A DNA stretch of 64,000 nucleotides from an uncultured Clostridia bacterium. Its GTDB lineage: Bacteria > Bacillota > Clostridia > Christensenellales > Borkfalkiaceae. Both the position numbers and the translations under genes were made by a program. Shown here one piece after another: positions 17,879-27,097 of this stretch (position 1 is the stretch's first letter; every line of letters begins with the position of its first letter). The notes under the pieces are model-generated. The model ran no database searches. It had not been told where the DNA came from and saw nothing but the letters and a program-made list of their open reading frames with translations. The DNA lies in assembly GCA_947630605.1 (NCBI GenBank), contig CANRIO010000002.1, positions 9 through 64,008 of the forward strand, given 5' to 3'.

Positions 17879-18286
17879 ATGATCAAAATCATTTGCGGGC
17901 CGAAAGGCAGCGGCAAGACCAAACGCATAATCGAGGTGGCAAACGAGGCGGTCACAACCGCAAAAGGGCATCTGATTTTCGTTACGGATACAAAGCGCTA
18001 TATGTACGATCTGAGGCGGGAAGTGCGCTTCATCGACGTGAGCGACTACAAAGTCGCGGGCGAAGAGGCTCTGTGCGGCTTCATCAAGGGGGTCGCCGCG
18101 GGCAACTACGACAACGAGAACATCTATGTGGACGGCCTCGCCCGCATCGCAGGCAAGGACCTCAAAGATTTGGCGACAAGCTTCTATATGCTCGAAAAAC
18201 TCGCGGAAATGCGCGATCTCGGCATCTGGATCACCTGCAGCTGTTCGGAGGAAGAGCTTCCCGAATTTGCAAAGAAATATCTTTGA
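17879..18286 (+). CDS. Small (135 aa) P-loop NTPase-like protein, hypothetical.
   Basis: The track ORF was trimmed to the ATG at 17879 (AAGGAGG RBS). Walker A GPKGSGKT is at residues 7-14, and IYVDG is a possible Walker B. Confidence 0.65.
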   Translation: MIKIICGPKGSGKTKRIIEVANEAVTTAKGHLIFVTDTKRYMYDLRREVRFIDVSDYKVAGEEALCGFIKGVAAGNYDNENIYVDGLARIAGKDLKDLATSFYMLEKLAEMRDLGIWITCSCSEEELPEFAKKYL

Positions 18287-18368
18287 GAACTTCTGTTAAG
18301 ATCATTTTCATCTTCAATGGGAAAGTCTCGCTCGCTTGCGGGACTTTCTATAAAAAGGAAGGCATTCT

Positions 18369-19862
18369 ATGAAGTTTGTGAGTACGAGAGGGGAGGAGAC
18401 GGTCAGTTCGTTCGAGGCAGTCGTCCGCGGCATGGCGGGCGGCGGCGCATTGTTTGTGCCCGAAAGGTTTCCCGAGGTCTCGAAGGAGGAACTTTCGGAC
18501 ATGCTCCCCCTCGATTATCCCGAGCGGGCGTCATTGATCCTCGGAAAGTATTTCGACGAGTACGATCGGGAAGGCCTTCTTTCCGCCCTCCGCACGGCAT
18601 TTGACAAGTTCGAAGGGAGCGACCCCGCCCCCCTCGTGCGCATGGAGAGCGGCATCTATATGCTCGAGCTCTTCCACGGGCCCACCTGCGCGAGCAGCGA
18701 TCTCTCCCTCGGCGTCTTTCCCTATCTTTTGAAGGAGGGGCGCGCCCTTCTCGGGGCAAAGGAGAACATGCTCGTCGTTTCCGCCTCGAGCGGGAACACG
18801 GGCAAGGCCGTTTTGGAGGCATTCGAAGGGGAGGAGGGCGTGAAGGCCATCGTCTTCTATCCCGACGACGGGGCCTCCAAGATGCAGAAGCTCCAGCTTT
18901 GCACACAGGACGGCGAAAATCTCGACGTCGTCGCCGTGAGGGGGAGTTTGGACGACTGCACGAACGGCATCAGGAAATTCTTCCGCAACGAGAAGTTTTC
19001 TGCCGCCATTGCGGAGAAAAACTATCGCCTCACCGTGGCGGGCTCCGCCAACATCGGCATGCTCCTTCCCAAGATCTGCTACTTCTTCTCCGCCTATTTG
19101 GACCTCGTCTCCGCCGATCAGATCAAGATGGGGGAGAAGGTGAATTTCTGTGCGCCGACGGGGAACTTCGGCAACCTTCTCGCGGGATACTATGCAAAGC
19201 GCATGGGCCTTCCCATCGGCTCCATCCTCGTTGCATCCAATAAAAATTGCGCCCTCACCGACTTCTTCCGCACGGGCGTCTATGACATAAAGCGCCCGCT
19301 GTACCGCACGATGTCGCCCGCCCTGGATATCCTCTTTGCCTCCGAGATCGAACGGCTCGTCTTCGAGGCTTCGGGAAGGAACGCGGCGCGCACTTTGGAG
19401 CGCATGAAACAGCTCGCCTCCTCGGGAAGGTTTTCTCTCCCCTCCGAAGAGATCTCGGGCCTGCAGGAGACCTTCTATGCGGGAAGCACTTCGGAGGACG
19501 ACACAGTGGAGTGCATCTACGAATTTTTCGAGGAGTACGGCTACCCCATGGACACCCACACGGGCGTCGCCATGGACGTCGCAAATAAGTACCTCGAGAA
19601 GATCGAGGACGATACCATGTCCGAGAAACGCCCCATGATCGTCCTCTCGACGGCCACGCCCTACAAGTGCCCGCAGGACGTTCTGTATGCGCTCACGGGC
19701 AACGACGTGAAGGACAGTTTCAAGGGTGTCAAGCGCATCCATCTCCTCACGGCGATGAAGGTCCCCGAGGCCATCAAGTCGGTGCGCTATAAGCCCATCC
19801 GCTTCAAGACGGCCGTCTCCCCGGACAAGATGTTCGACGCCGTCCTCAAATTCCTCGGCTGA
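18369..19862 (+). CDS. Threonine synthase homologue (long, E. coli ThrC type) lacking the PLP-binding lysine.
   Basis: 497 aa, collinear with my recollection of E. coli ThrC (LELFHGPT..., SSGNTGKA, SANIG.LLPKICYFF, PTGNFGNLLAGYYAKRMGLP). The conserved LAFKD is CASSD here; the Lys position is Ser-110, codon AGC at 18696..18698. Confidence 0.8.
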   Translation: MKFVSTRGEETVSSFEAVVRGMAGGGALFVPERFPEVSKEELSDMLPLDYPERASLILGKYFDEYDREGLLSALRTAFDKFEGSDPAPLVRMESGIYMLELFHGPTCASSDLSLGVFPYLLKEGRALLGAKENMLVVSASSGNTGKAVLEAFEGEEGVKAIVFYPDDGASKMQKLQLCTQDGENLDVVAVRGSLDDCTNGIRKFFRNEKFSAAIAEKNYRLTVAGSANIGMLLPKICYFFSAYLDLVSADQIKMGEKVNFCAPTGNFGNLLAGYYAKRMGLPIGSILVASNKNCALTDFFRTGVYDIKRPLYRTMSPALDILFASEIERLVFEASGRNAARTLERMKQLASSGRFSLPSEEISGLQETFYAGSTSEDDTVECIYEFFEEYGYPMDTHTGVAMDVANKYLEKIEDDTMSEKRPMIVLSTATPYKCPQDVLYALTGNDVKDSFKGVKRIHLLTAMKVPEAIKSVRYKPIRFKTAVSPDKMFDAVLKFLG

Positions 19863-19891
19863 CTTTTTTTCAAACATCATTCAAACACCAT

Positions 19892-19918
19892 CCCCCGAGC
19901 AACTCGGGGGTTTTGTTT
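19892..19918 (+). terminator. Rho-independent terminator after the thrC-like gene.
   Basis: CCCCCGAG-CAA-CTCGGGGG followed by TTTTGTTT. Confidence 0.8.
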
Positions 19919-19929
19919 GCGCTAAATGG

Positions 19930-20056
19930 ATCCCCCCATACGGAGTCCATAAGGCTCCTCCTTGGGGAGGAGCTGTCACGCGGAACGTGACTGAGGTGGG
20001 GCCTCCAAATAACGTCATGCTGAGCCGCGCTCTGCGCGTGTCGAAGCATCACCACA
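19930..20056. repeat. Repeat cluster R4, made of a D-type hairpin and a truncated A-variant.
   Basis: GGCTCCTCCTTGGGGAGGAGCTGTCACGCGGAACGTGACTGAGGTGGGGCC, then GTCATGCTGAGCCGCGC..GTGTCGAAGCATCAC. The second part is the left half of the palindrome seen complete at 41669..41751. Confidence 0.7.
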
Positions 20057-20123
20057 TTTGTTTCCCTTTCCCCATTCTTTTCAATGTTTTCGGCGCATTT
20101 TCACAAAGGGAACGCGCTACAGG

Positions 20124-20152
20124 TTGCTTTTTTTTGCGGAGTATGGTATAAT
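20124..20152 (+). promoter_or_regulatory. Promoter of trpS.
   Basis: TTGCTT (20124..20129), a 17-nt spacer, then TATAAT (20147..20152) preceded by TGG (extended -10). The leader is only about 25 nt. Confidence 0.65.
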
Positions 20153-20178
20153 GTTCCAAAATAGGGGGATTTTCAGCT

Positions 20179-21189
20179 ATGGAAGAGAATGTCGGCATTA
20201 TGAAGAAAACCGTCTATTCCGCCGTTCAGCCGACGGGGAGCCTCACCATCGGGAACTTTGTGGGGGCCATCCGCAATTGGCTGCGTCTGCAAAACGAGTA
20301 CGACTGCTATTTTGCCATTGCAGATCTTCATGCCATCACCGTGCGGCAGGAACCCGCGGAGCTTCGCCGCCGTACCTTGGAGCTTGCCGCCCTCTACCTT
20401 GCCTGCGGGATCGACCCCGAAAAATGCGCCCTGTATGTGCAGTCGCACGTCTCTGCGCATGCGGAGCTTTGCTGGATCCTCAACACTCTCACCTATGTGG
20501 GCGAGGCCTCCCGCATGACGCAGTTCAAGGATAAATCGCAAAAACACGCCGACAATATCAACATGGGCCTCATGGATTACCCCGTCCTCATGGCGGCGGA
20601 CATCCTCCTCTATCAGACGGACTTTGTCCCCGTCGGCGCGGATCAGAAGCAGCATGTCGAACTCTCGCGCGACCTCGCCGAGCGCTTCAACGGCCGCTAC
20701 GGGGAGACCTTCAAGGTGCCCGAGCCCCTCATCGTCAAGGGGGAGGCGCGCATCTGTTCCCTGCAGGACCCTGCAAAGAAGATGTCCAAATCGGACGAAA
20801 ACCCGAATGCCTCCGTCTTCCTCTCCGATGACCGCGACACCGTCATCCGCAAGTTCAAGCGCGCCGTGACGGACAGCGACAACCGCATCGTCTGCTCGGA
20901 GGAAAAGCCCGGGATCAGCAACCTTCTCAACATCTATTGCGCGTTCTCGGGGCATACCATGTCCGAGGCAGAGGCTTCATTCTCAGGCATGGGGTATGGC
21001 GATTTCAAACTCGCCGTGGGGGAGGTCGTCGCCGATGTTCTTGCTCCCATACAGGCGGAGCAAAAGCGGCTCCTTGCCGACAAGAAGTATCTCACGGAAG
21101 TCTTACAAGGGGGCGCGGAGCGGGCATTTAAGACGGCCCGGAGGACGCTTTCCAAAGTCTGCCGCAAAGTCGGTTTCTACAGGGAGTGA
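20179..21189 (+). CDS. trpS: Tryptophan--tRNA ligase.
   Basis: 336 aa. Contains QPTGSLTIGNFVGA (the HIGH-region equivalent), ADLHAITV and KMSKS. An alternative start lies at 20200. Confidence 0.95.
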   Translation: MEENVGIMKKTVYSAVQPTGSLTIGNFVGAIRNWLRLQNEYDCYFAIADLHAITVRQEPAELRRRTLELAALYLACGIDPEKCALYVQSHVSAHAELCWILNTLTYVGEASRMTQFKDKSQKHADNINMGLMDYPVLMAADILLYQTDFVPVGADQKQHVELSRDLAERFNGRYGETFKVPEPLIVKGEARICSLQDPAKKMSKSDENPNASVFLSDDRDTVIRKFKRAVTDSDNRIVCSEEKPGISNLLNIYCAFSGHTMSEAEASFSGMGYGDFKLAVGEVVADVLAPIQAEQKRLLADKKYLTEVLQGGAERAFKTARRTLSKVCRKVGFYRE

Positions 21190-21190
21190 T

Positions 21191-22057
21191 ATGTTCGGTT
21201 ACGTTCGCTACGACCTTCCCGAACTTCATGTGAAGGATGTGATGCTCTACAAGGCCCTCTACTGCGGGCTGTGCAGGAGCATCGGCGCATCCTGCGGCCA
21301 GTTGGCACGCACGGGGCTCACCTACGACACCACCTTCCTCTCCGCCCTCCTCCACAACATGACGGGGACGGATATCGAGGTGGAAAGGAGGGGGTGCTTC
21401 GGGCACACCGTCCGAAAGAAGCCGATGGCGAAGGTGGACGCCCTCTCCGAGGAGCTGGGCGCGCTCAACACCATCCTCATCTACTACAAGCTGACGGACG
21501 ATATCGCGGACGGCGGCAGGGGGAAGGCGAAGCGCGTCTGGTTCAAAAAGGGCTTCAAGCGGGCAAAAAAGCGCTATCCCGCCCTCGCGGAGCTTGTGGA
21601 AAAATATCTCATCGAACAGGAGCAGACGGAAAAAAGCGAAGTTTCCTCCCCCGACATGGCCGCGGAGCCGTCGGCGCGCATGATGCAGGCCGTCTCCGAC
21701 CACTTCCTCGGGGAAAAGGCCTCCCCCGCGACGCAGGGCCTCTTCTATGATCTCGGCAAATGGATCTACCTCATCGACGCCTTAGACGACTTCGAGAAGG
21801 ATATCAAGAAGAAGAACTTCAACCCCTTCGTCCTCTCCTACGGGGAGAGCACGCGGGAAAAGCTCATGGAGGGGCATGGCGAGGAGATCGCCTTCCTCTT
21901 CGACACCCTCTTCTATTCCATGCGGGAACACCTCGCGAACATTCAGTTCTTCTTCAACCGCGACCTCACGGACAATGTCATCCTCCGCGGGATCCCTTTG
22001 GAGACGGAGCGGGTGATGAAGGGGGAGCCCCGACGGGAGATGAGCGTCAAGATTTGA
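21191..22057 (+). CDS. Hypothetical protein. I believe it resembles the DUF5685 family, but this is from memory and unverified.
   Basis: The track ORF was trimmed to the ATG at 21191, 1 nt after the trpS stop. The N-terminus MFGYVRYDLPELHVKDVMLYKALYCGLCRSIG is characteristic. The gene is tightly packed with the next two genes. Confidence 0.7.
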   Translation: MFGYVRYDLPELHVKDVMLYKALYCGLCRSIGASCGQLARTGLTYDTTFLSALLHNMTGTDIEVERRGCFGHTVRKKPMAKVDALSEELGALNTILIYYKLTDDIADGGRGKAKRVWFKKGFKRAKKRYPALAELVEKYLIEQEQTEKSEVSSPDMAAEPSARMMQAVSDHFLGEKASPATQGLFYDLGKWIYLIDALDDFEKDIKKKNFNPFVLSYGESTREKLMEGHGEEIAFLFDTLFYSMREHLANIQFFFNRDLTDNVILRGIPLETERVMKGEPRREMSVKI

Positions 22058-22082
22058 AATCATAAGGAGTATATATAGAAGC

Positions 22083-22697
22083 ATGAGCAGGGAAAGTTAT
22101 GAGCTCTTGGGACTCGACGAAAATGCGACGGATGAGGAGATCGACAGCCGCTACGAAGAGCTCAAGAAGAAATACAACGAGGAGAAGTGGCAGGACGGCG
22201 AGGCAGGCAATGCCGCCGCGCGCATGCTCACCCGCCTCGAGGCCGCCTACGAGGAGATAAAGGACGAGCGCAGGGAGGCCCACAAGGAGGCCGATCCGAA
22301 CACTTCCAACGGGTTCGAGGAGGTCGCCTCCGCCATCAGGAGCGGCGACCTTGTGCGCGCCCAACAGCTCCTCGACGCCTTCAACGAGAGAAATGCCGAG
22401 TGGCACTATCTGCAATCGGTCATCTTCTATAAGAAGAATTGGATGAACGAGAGCAAGAAACAGCTCGAGATCGCCCTGCAGATGGACGGCGAAAACGAAA
22501 AATACCGCACCGCCTACGAAAAGCTCAAGGCGCGGGCGGACTATGCACAGCAGACGGGCGGCGCACCCAACACCAACCCCAACCCCGCCCCGCAGGGCAA
22601 CGAGATGGGGGGAAATTGGTGCTCGACCTGCGCCACGATGTGCTATACCTACATGTGCGTGAATTGCCTCTTCAACATGTGCTGCAATTGCAGATAA
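22083..22697 (+). CDS. J-domain-like protein lacking the HPD motif, with a Cys-rich C-terminal tail.
   Basis: 204 aa. SYELLGLDENATDEEIDSRYEELKKKYNEEKW follows the J-domain pattern but has NEE where HPD is expected. The C-terminus GGNWCSTCATMCYTYMCVNCLFNMCCNCR has 9 Cys in 27 residues. Confidence 0.75.
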   Translation: MSRESYELLGLDENATDEEIDSRYEELKKKYNEEKWQDGEAGNAAARMLTRLEAAYEEIKDERREAHKEADPNTSNGFEEVASAIRSGDLVRAQQLLDAFNERNAEWHYLQSVIFYKKNWMNESKKQLEIALQMDGENEKYRTAYEKLKARADYAQQTGGAPNTNPNPAPQGNEMGGNWCSTCATMCYTYMCVNCLFNMCCNCR

Positions 22698-22708
22698 GGT
22701 GAATTTTT

Positions 22709-23260
22709 GTGAAGCGTCCCTCAAGATCTTTCGAGATCGCACTATCCGCTATCGCATGCGCGGTCGTATCTCTTGCGCTCACCCTCGCCTCTTATGTGAA
22801 CTTCCTCATGGCGGCGGGATACCTTCTCGCGGTCTTTGCGCTCATGGTGCCCCTTTCCAAAGACTTCATCTGGGGAGAAGTGCTCGCCTTTCTCGGCGGG
22901 GTGCTTCTCGCCTTTTTCTTTGGCGCGCTCGCCTTTTTTTGGCAGCTCCTGCCTTTTGCGGTCTTCTTCGGACTGCACCCGCTCATCAACTATCTCCAGT
23001 TGCGCTTTACGAAGAAAAAGCCGCTCCACGCCCTGTGGTTTCTTTTGAAGGCCCTATGGTTCGACGGGGCGATGCTCCTCATGTGGTTCACCCTCGGCGG
23101 CGTGCTCGGCATCACCGAGGCGGTCTGGTACGAATGGGTGGCGAAGTATCTCTACCTCGTCGTCTTCCTCGGCGGGACGATCTTCTTTGTGGTCTATGAC
23201 GTACTCATGTTTCTATGCCAGAAGTCGGTCAACGCGATCGTGAGGCGCATCAAGAGGTGA
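22709..23260 (+). CDS. Polytopic membrane protein (183 aa), hypothetical.
   Basis: GTG start 11 nt after the preceding stop. About 5 hydrophobic helices. The stop lies 2 nt before the next gene. Confidence 0.65.
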   Translation: MKRPSRSFEIALSAIACAVVSLALTLASYVNFLMAAGYLLAVFALMVPLSKDFIWGEVLAFLGGVLLAFFFGALAFFWQLLPFAVFFGLHPLINYLQLRFTKKKPLHALWFLLKALWFDGAMLLMWFTLGGVLGITEAVWYEWVAKYLYLVVFLGGTIFFVVYDVLMFLCQKSVNAIVRRIKR

Positions 23261-23262
23261 AT

Positions 23263-24645
23263 ATGGAGAAAAACGACATCGCGACCGTCACGGCGGAAGG
23301 GCTCGGCACACAGGGCGAGGGCATTGCAAAACTCGGCGGCGTCACCCTCTTTGTGCCCTATCTTCTCAAGGGGGAGAGGGCACGCGTGAAAATTTTGAAG
23401 GTGAAGGACAAGACGGGCTATGCGAAGGCGGAGGAGATCATAACGCCCGCCGAGGAGCGCGTCCGCCCCAAGTGCCCCGTCTTCTACCGCTGCGGGGGCT
23501 GCCAGCTCCAGCACCTTCGCTACCGCGAGCAGCTCAAGTTCAAACAGGACCTCGTGCGTGACACGCTCAAAAAGATCGGCGCCATCGAGGCAAACGTCTC
23601 CCCCTGCGTCAAGAGCGACAAGGAGTACGGCTACCGCAACAAATTGCAGATCCCCGTTGGCGGCGACGGCGAGAACGTCTTCGTCGGCTTCTATGCCGAA
23701 AGGAGCCACCGGATCGTTCCGACGGACAACTGTCCCCTCCATCCCGAATGGACGAAGCCCCTCCTCTCCGCCCTGAAAAATTTTATGGAAAAATGCGGGC
23801 TCGACGGCTACGATGAGGAAAAACGAAGGGGGCATGTCCGCCATCTGGTTGTCAGAGAGCTCAAGGGGAAGTTCCTCGTGACCCTTGTTGTGACCGTCCG
23901 CGAGATCAAGGGTATCGACTATTTTTGCCACCTTCTCGACGGAATTTTCCCCGAGTACAGCCTGTATCTCAACGTCAACACGAAGGAGACGAACGTCATC
24001 TTCGGCAGTGAGTTTCTCCTTATCAAGGGCGTGGGAGCATATGAGAGCTCGGAGGGCGGCGTCTTCTTCGAGGCGGGCCCCAACACCTTTGTGCAGATCA
24101 ACGACGGCGTTCGTCCCAAGCTCTATGAGCGCGCCGTCTCCCTCGTCGGAGAGGACGAGACGGTCGTCGATTGCTATGCGGGCGGCGGGCTTCTCACCGC
24201 CATGTTTGCGAAAAAATGCAGATATGCCTATGGGATCGAGGTCATCCCCGAGGCGAGCCGCTGTGCCGACGCCCTCAAGGAGCGCAACGGCCTCGAGGCA
24301 AAGATGAAAAATCTTTGCGGGAGGGTGGAGGACCGCCTGAGGGAGATCCCCGACCTCGGCGAGGCGACGATAGTTTTGGACCCGCCCCGCACAGGCGTTG
24401 CGCGGAGCGTCCTTCATGAGATCAAAAAGAGCGGCGCGAAGAAGATCGTCATGATCTCCTGCAATCCCGCGACGCTTGCAAGAGACCTCGGGATCCTTTC
24501 AGGAACGCTCACCGAGACGGAGAGCGGAGAGCTCAAGAGGGGAAACGGGCCTACCATGTACGAGATCGGCCTCGTGGAACCCTTCGATATGTTCCCCCAG
24601 ACCCGCCACGTCGAGACGCTCGTTTTGCTCAACAAAATACATTGA
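23263..24645 (+). CDS. 23S rRNA (uracil-5)-methyltransferase, RumA/RlmD family.
   Basis: The track ORF was trimmed to the ATG at 23263. It has a TRAM-like N-terminus, an Fe-S Cys cluster (CPVFYRCGGCQLQH), a SAM-binding segment (VVDCYAGGG) and a C-terminal ISCNPATLARD. Confidence 0.9.
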   Translation: MEKNDIATVTAEGLGTQGEGIAKLGGVTLFVPYLLKGERARVKILKVKDKTGYAKAEEIITPAEERVRPKCPVFYRCGGCQLQHLRYREQLKFKQDLVRDTLKKIGAIEANVSPCVKSDKEYGYRNKLQIPVGGDGENVFVGFYAERSHRIVPTDNCPLHPEWTKPLLSALKNFMEKCGLDGYDEEKRRGHVRHLVVRELKGKFLVTLVVTVREIKGIDYFCHLLDGIFPEYSLYLNVNTKETNVIFGSEFLLIKGVGAYESSEGGVFFEAGPNTFVQINDGVRPKLYERAVSLVGEDETVVDCYAGGGLLTAMFAKKCRYAYGIEVIPEASRCADALKERNGLEAKMKNLCGRVEDRLREIPDLGEATIVLDPPRTGVARSVLHEIKKSGAKKIVMISCNPATLARDLGILSGTLTETESGELKRGNGPTMYEIGLVEPFDMFPQTRHVETLVLLNKIH

Positions 24646-24654
24646 AACTTCAAT

Positions 24655-24702
24655 AAGAAAACGGCCGCCGTGCATTTTCGCACGGCGGCCGTCATGTTTT
24701 CC
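24655..24702. terminator. Bidirectional terminator between convergent genes.
   Basis: A 13-bp perfect stem ACGGCCGCCGTGC / GCACGGCGGCCGT (24661..24673 and 24680..24692) with loop ATTTTC, flanked by an A-run and a T-run. Confidence 0.8.
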
Positions 24703-24703
24703 T

Positions 24704-27097
24704 TCAGATCTCGTAACGCCTTCTTCGCGGGAGGAGGAAGGGCTGTGCGGCAAGGGCGTTATCCATTCTAAAAAATCTTCCTTGGAGGGACTCACTTCGG
24801 AGGGGCACGGCCTCCAATCCCATGAACGAGGGCAGATAGGTGTAGGTCACATGGCCGGCATTTCCTTTTTCATCGACGGCGATGGCAAAGATGCTCTCCT
24901 TTGCCGCATCATAGTGGAGAATGCGCCCCTTCCGTCCGTCGAGGACAATGCGGCCGCCCTTGAAAGAGAGCTCCCGCCCTACGAGATCCTGATAGCGAAA
25001 GGAGGCCCATTCGGGAAGGTAGTCGTTCTCATAAAAATCCGCCTCATAGCGGATGAAGGGCCCAAGGCTTTCGAAAGTCTCCTCCTCGGAGGGGACGTCT
25101 TCCAGGCGGTCCGTCTCCTCCAAATAGGTGAGGCAGAACTCTTCTTTTTGGAAAGAGACGACAAAGGCGTCGCTTTCGCCGCGGGTGACATGCCCCATTT
25201 CTGTGACATCCGGCAGGAGCTGCAATTCCACCTTAGTGCTCCCGGCAAAGAGAGTGAGGCGGATGGGCTCGAGGGAGCCGTCGGGGACGGGGTCGCCGAG
25301 CCAGCTGCCCGAAAGCCCGCGGTCGAGGTAGCCGACGATGTCCTTTAGATAGAATTCCGTCCGCGTCTCCCCGATGCAGAGGACGATCTTCGCCCCCGCA
25401 AAGTCCTCCTCTTCGGGGTCCCAGAGGAGGGTGCCGAGCACGCCTTCGAGGTCGAATCGCAGCACATATCCGCCGTTTTCATCCGAAGAGATCGCAAAGA
25501 TATCCGCCCGCTTGTCGCCATAGCATAAATGCGGTCCGTCAAAGGTGATGCCGCCGTTTTGCTCCCCCCGTTCGACAAAGGTCCCCGCAAGGGAGGCGGG
25601 CATCTCGGCAAGGGGAAGGAAGCCCATTTCAAAGTAGCTGAGCGCGGCCCAGCCCGAGGCGCCCTCCGCGGGAAGGAGCGCGTGCGCGTCGCGGTCGAAA
25701 GTAAAGGTATATGCCGCGTCTTCGGCATTCAAGAGGAGCTCGCCCGTCTCCAAAGCAAAGCTTCCGATCGCAAGGGAAAGCGTACCCTCCTCCCCCAGAT
25801 CGACGGTCGCAATGCGGGCGTTTGTGTCCAACGTGATGCTTTTGCCCGAGCGCATCCCGTCGAAGAAGGTCGCATGCAATTCATCGGGAAGAAGGGGGAA
25901 TTTCTCCGCGTCCCGAAGGGTCGCAAGGAGGGTCTCTCCCTCAAAGAGCAACAGCGTTTCTACACCCTCTTCCTCGGACATGGTTATGGCGTAGAGCGTC
26001 TCGGACCCCTCTTTCCCCCAGAGGAAAGTGTAGCCGTTTTCACAGATATCCAGCTCCTTTGCGGGAATTTCGTTCAAAGTCAGAAAGCCCTTTTCGGCGT
26101 CGATGACGATCTCATACCCGTCGCCCACCCAGACACCGCCGAAGGCCGCGTCGAGAGAGGAGGGGACGTGCCCCTCCGCATAGAGTTTGGCGGGGATGCC
26201 GCCCACGGTCATCTCGAGGGTAAAGGCCCCGCTTGTCCAAAGGAATATGACCGCGCTCCCGCCGAGCTTTCCCTCCATGAGAAAGGCGCCGTCCTCCAAT
26301 GTGGAAAGGGCGGTCACGCTGCTCTCTTCGCCCTCGAAGGTGAAGTCGGCCCCGTCGAAGAGGAGGGCGGGAGCATTCGCAAAGGCGCGGTACCAATTTG
26401 CGGGGAAGCCCGCGGGCAGGGTCACGGGCGGAACGTACGGCCCGAAGGTGAGAATATCGACCGCATCGCCCTTTTTAAGATATAGCTTCGCCCCGTCCTC
26501 GCCGTCGAAGAAGATGGTAAATTCCTCCCCGCCGCACGTGAAGGTGTAGCCGCCCGCCGTCGCCCGTTGGATCTTGTCCGCCTCGGTGCCGTCGAGGGTA
26601 ATTTTTGCTCCCTTCGTATCCACCGAGAGGGTGTGCCGTGCATTTGTCCAGAGGCCGTCGAAGGCCTCGTCTATTTTGATCTCATCGACATCGGGCTCGG
26701 GTTTGACATCGGGGTCGGGCTTTATTTCGGGCTCGGACGGCGTCTGCTTCTTTGCAAGGTGAATGGAGACGGTCGGCGCCCCTTCGCCCACGGTCACGGA
26801 AAGATAGGTGTAGTCGTCGGGCACGCCGAAGAGGACGGCGAGGTAGTTTCCCCGCTGCACTTCAAAGACCGCCTTGCCGGATGTAAGCGGCCGCCGCTCT
26901 CCGCCCTCTGCGATCTTCCCGTCCGAAGTCTGAAGGGCCGCCTCGACCGAGGCGAGCACGCTCTCCTCTTCGCAGGTAATATAGACGGTATATGCGGCCA
27001 TGTCCTTTCTTTTGCCGCATGCGAAGAGAGTGCCCGCCGCAAAGAGCGTCAATGAGAGCATCAAGATCAAAAACAAGAATTTCTTCGTGCCGCGCAT
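24704..27097 (-). CDS. Large lipoprotein (797 aa) of unknown function.
   Basis: The track ORF was trimmed to the ATG at 27097 (GGAGG RBS). The signal peptide plus lipobox is MRGTKKFLFLILMLSLTLFAAGTLFAC. The body has repetitive beta-rich segments (GYTFxxG...). Confidence 0.75.
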   Translation of the reverse strand: MRGTKKFLFLILMLSLTLFAAGTLFACGKRKDMAAYTVYITCEEESVLASVEAALQTSDGKIAEGGERRPLTSGKAVFEVQRGNYLAVLFGVPDDYTYLSVTVGEGAPTVSIHLAKKQTPSEPEIKPDPDVKPEPDVDEIKIDEAFDGLWTNARHTLSVDTKGAKITLDGTEADKIQRATAGGYTFTCGGEEFTIFFDGEDGAKLYLKKGDAVDILTFGPYVPPVTLPAGFPANWYRAFANAPALLFDGADFTFEGEESSVTALSTLEDGAFLMEGKLGGSAVIFLWTSGAFTLEMTVGGIPAKLYAEGHVPSSLDAAFGGVWVGDGYEIVIDAEKGFLTLNEIPAKELDICENGYTFLWGKEGSETLYAITMSEEEGVETLLLFEGETLLATLRDAEKFPLLPDELHATFFDGMRSGKSITLDTNARIATVDLGEEGTLSLAIGSFALETGELLLNAEDAAYTFTFDRDAHALLPAEGASGWAALSYFEMGFLPLAEMPASLAGTFVERGEQNGGITFDGPHLCYGDKRADIFAISSDENGGYVLRFDLEGVLGTLLWDPEEEDFAGAKIVLCIGETRTEFYLKDIVGYLDRGLSGSWLGDPVPDGSLEPIRLTLFAGSTKVELQLLPDVTEMGHVTRGESDAFVVSFQKEEFCLTYLEETDRLEDVPSEEETFESLGPFIRYEADFYENDYLPEWASFRYQDLVGRELSFKGGRIVLDGRKGRILHYDAAKESIFAIAVDEKGNAGHVTYTYLPSFMGLEAVPLRSESLQGRFFRMDNALAAQPFLLPRRRRYEI

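Noticed and set aside
19863-20178. A possible T-box leader upstream of trpS.
   Set aside because: A good promoter sits at 20124..20152, leaving only about 25 nt of leader. The rest of the spacer is a terminator plus repeat modules. I saw no specifier or T-box sequence.
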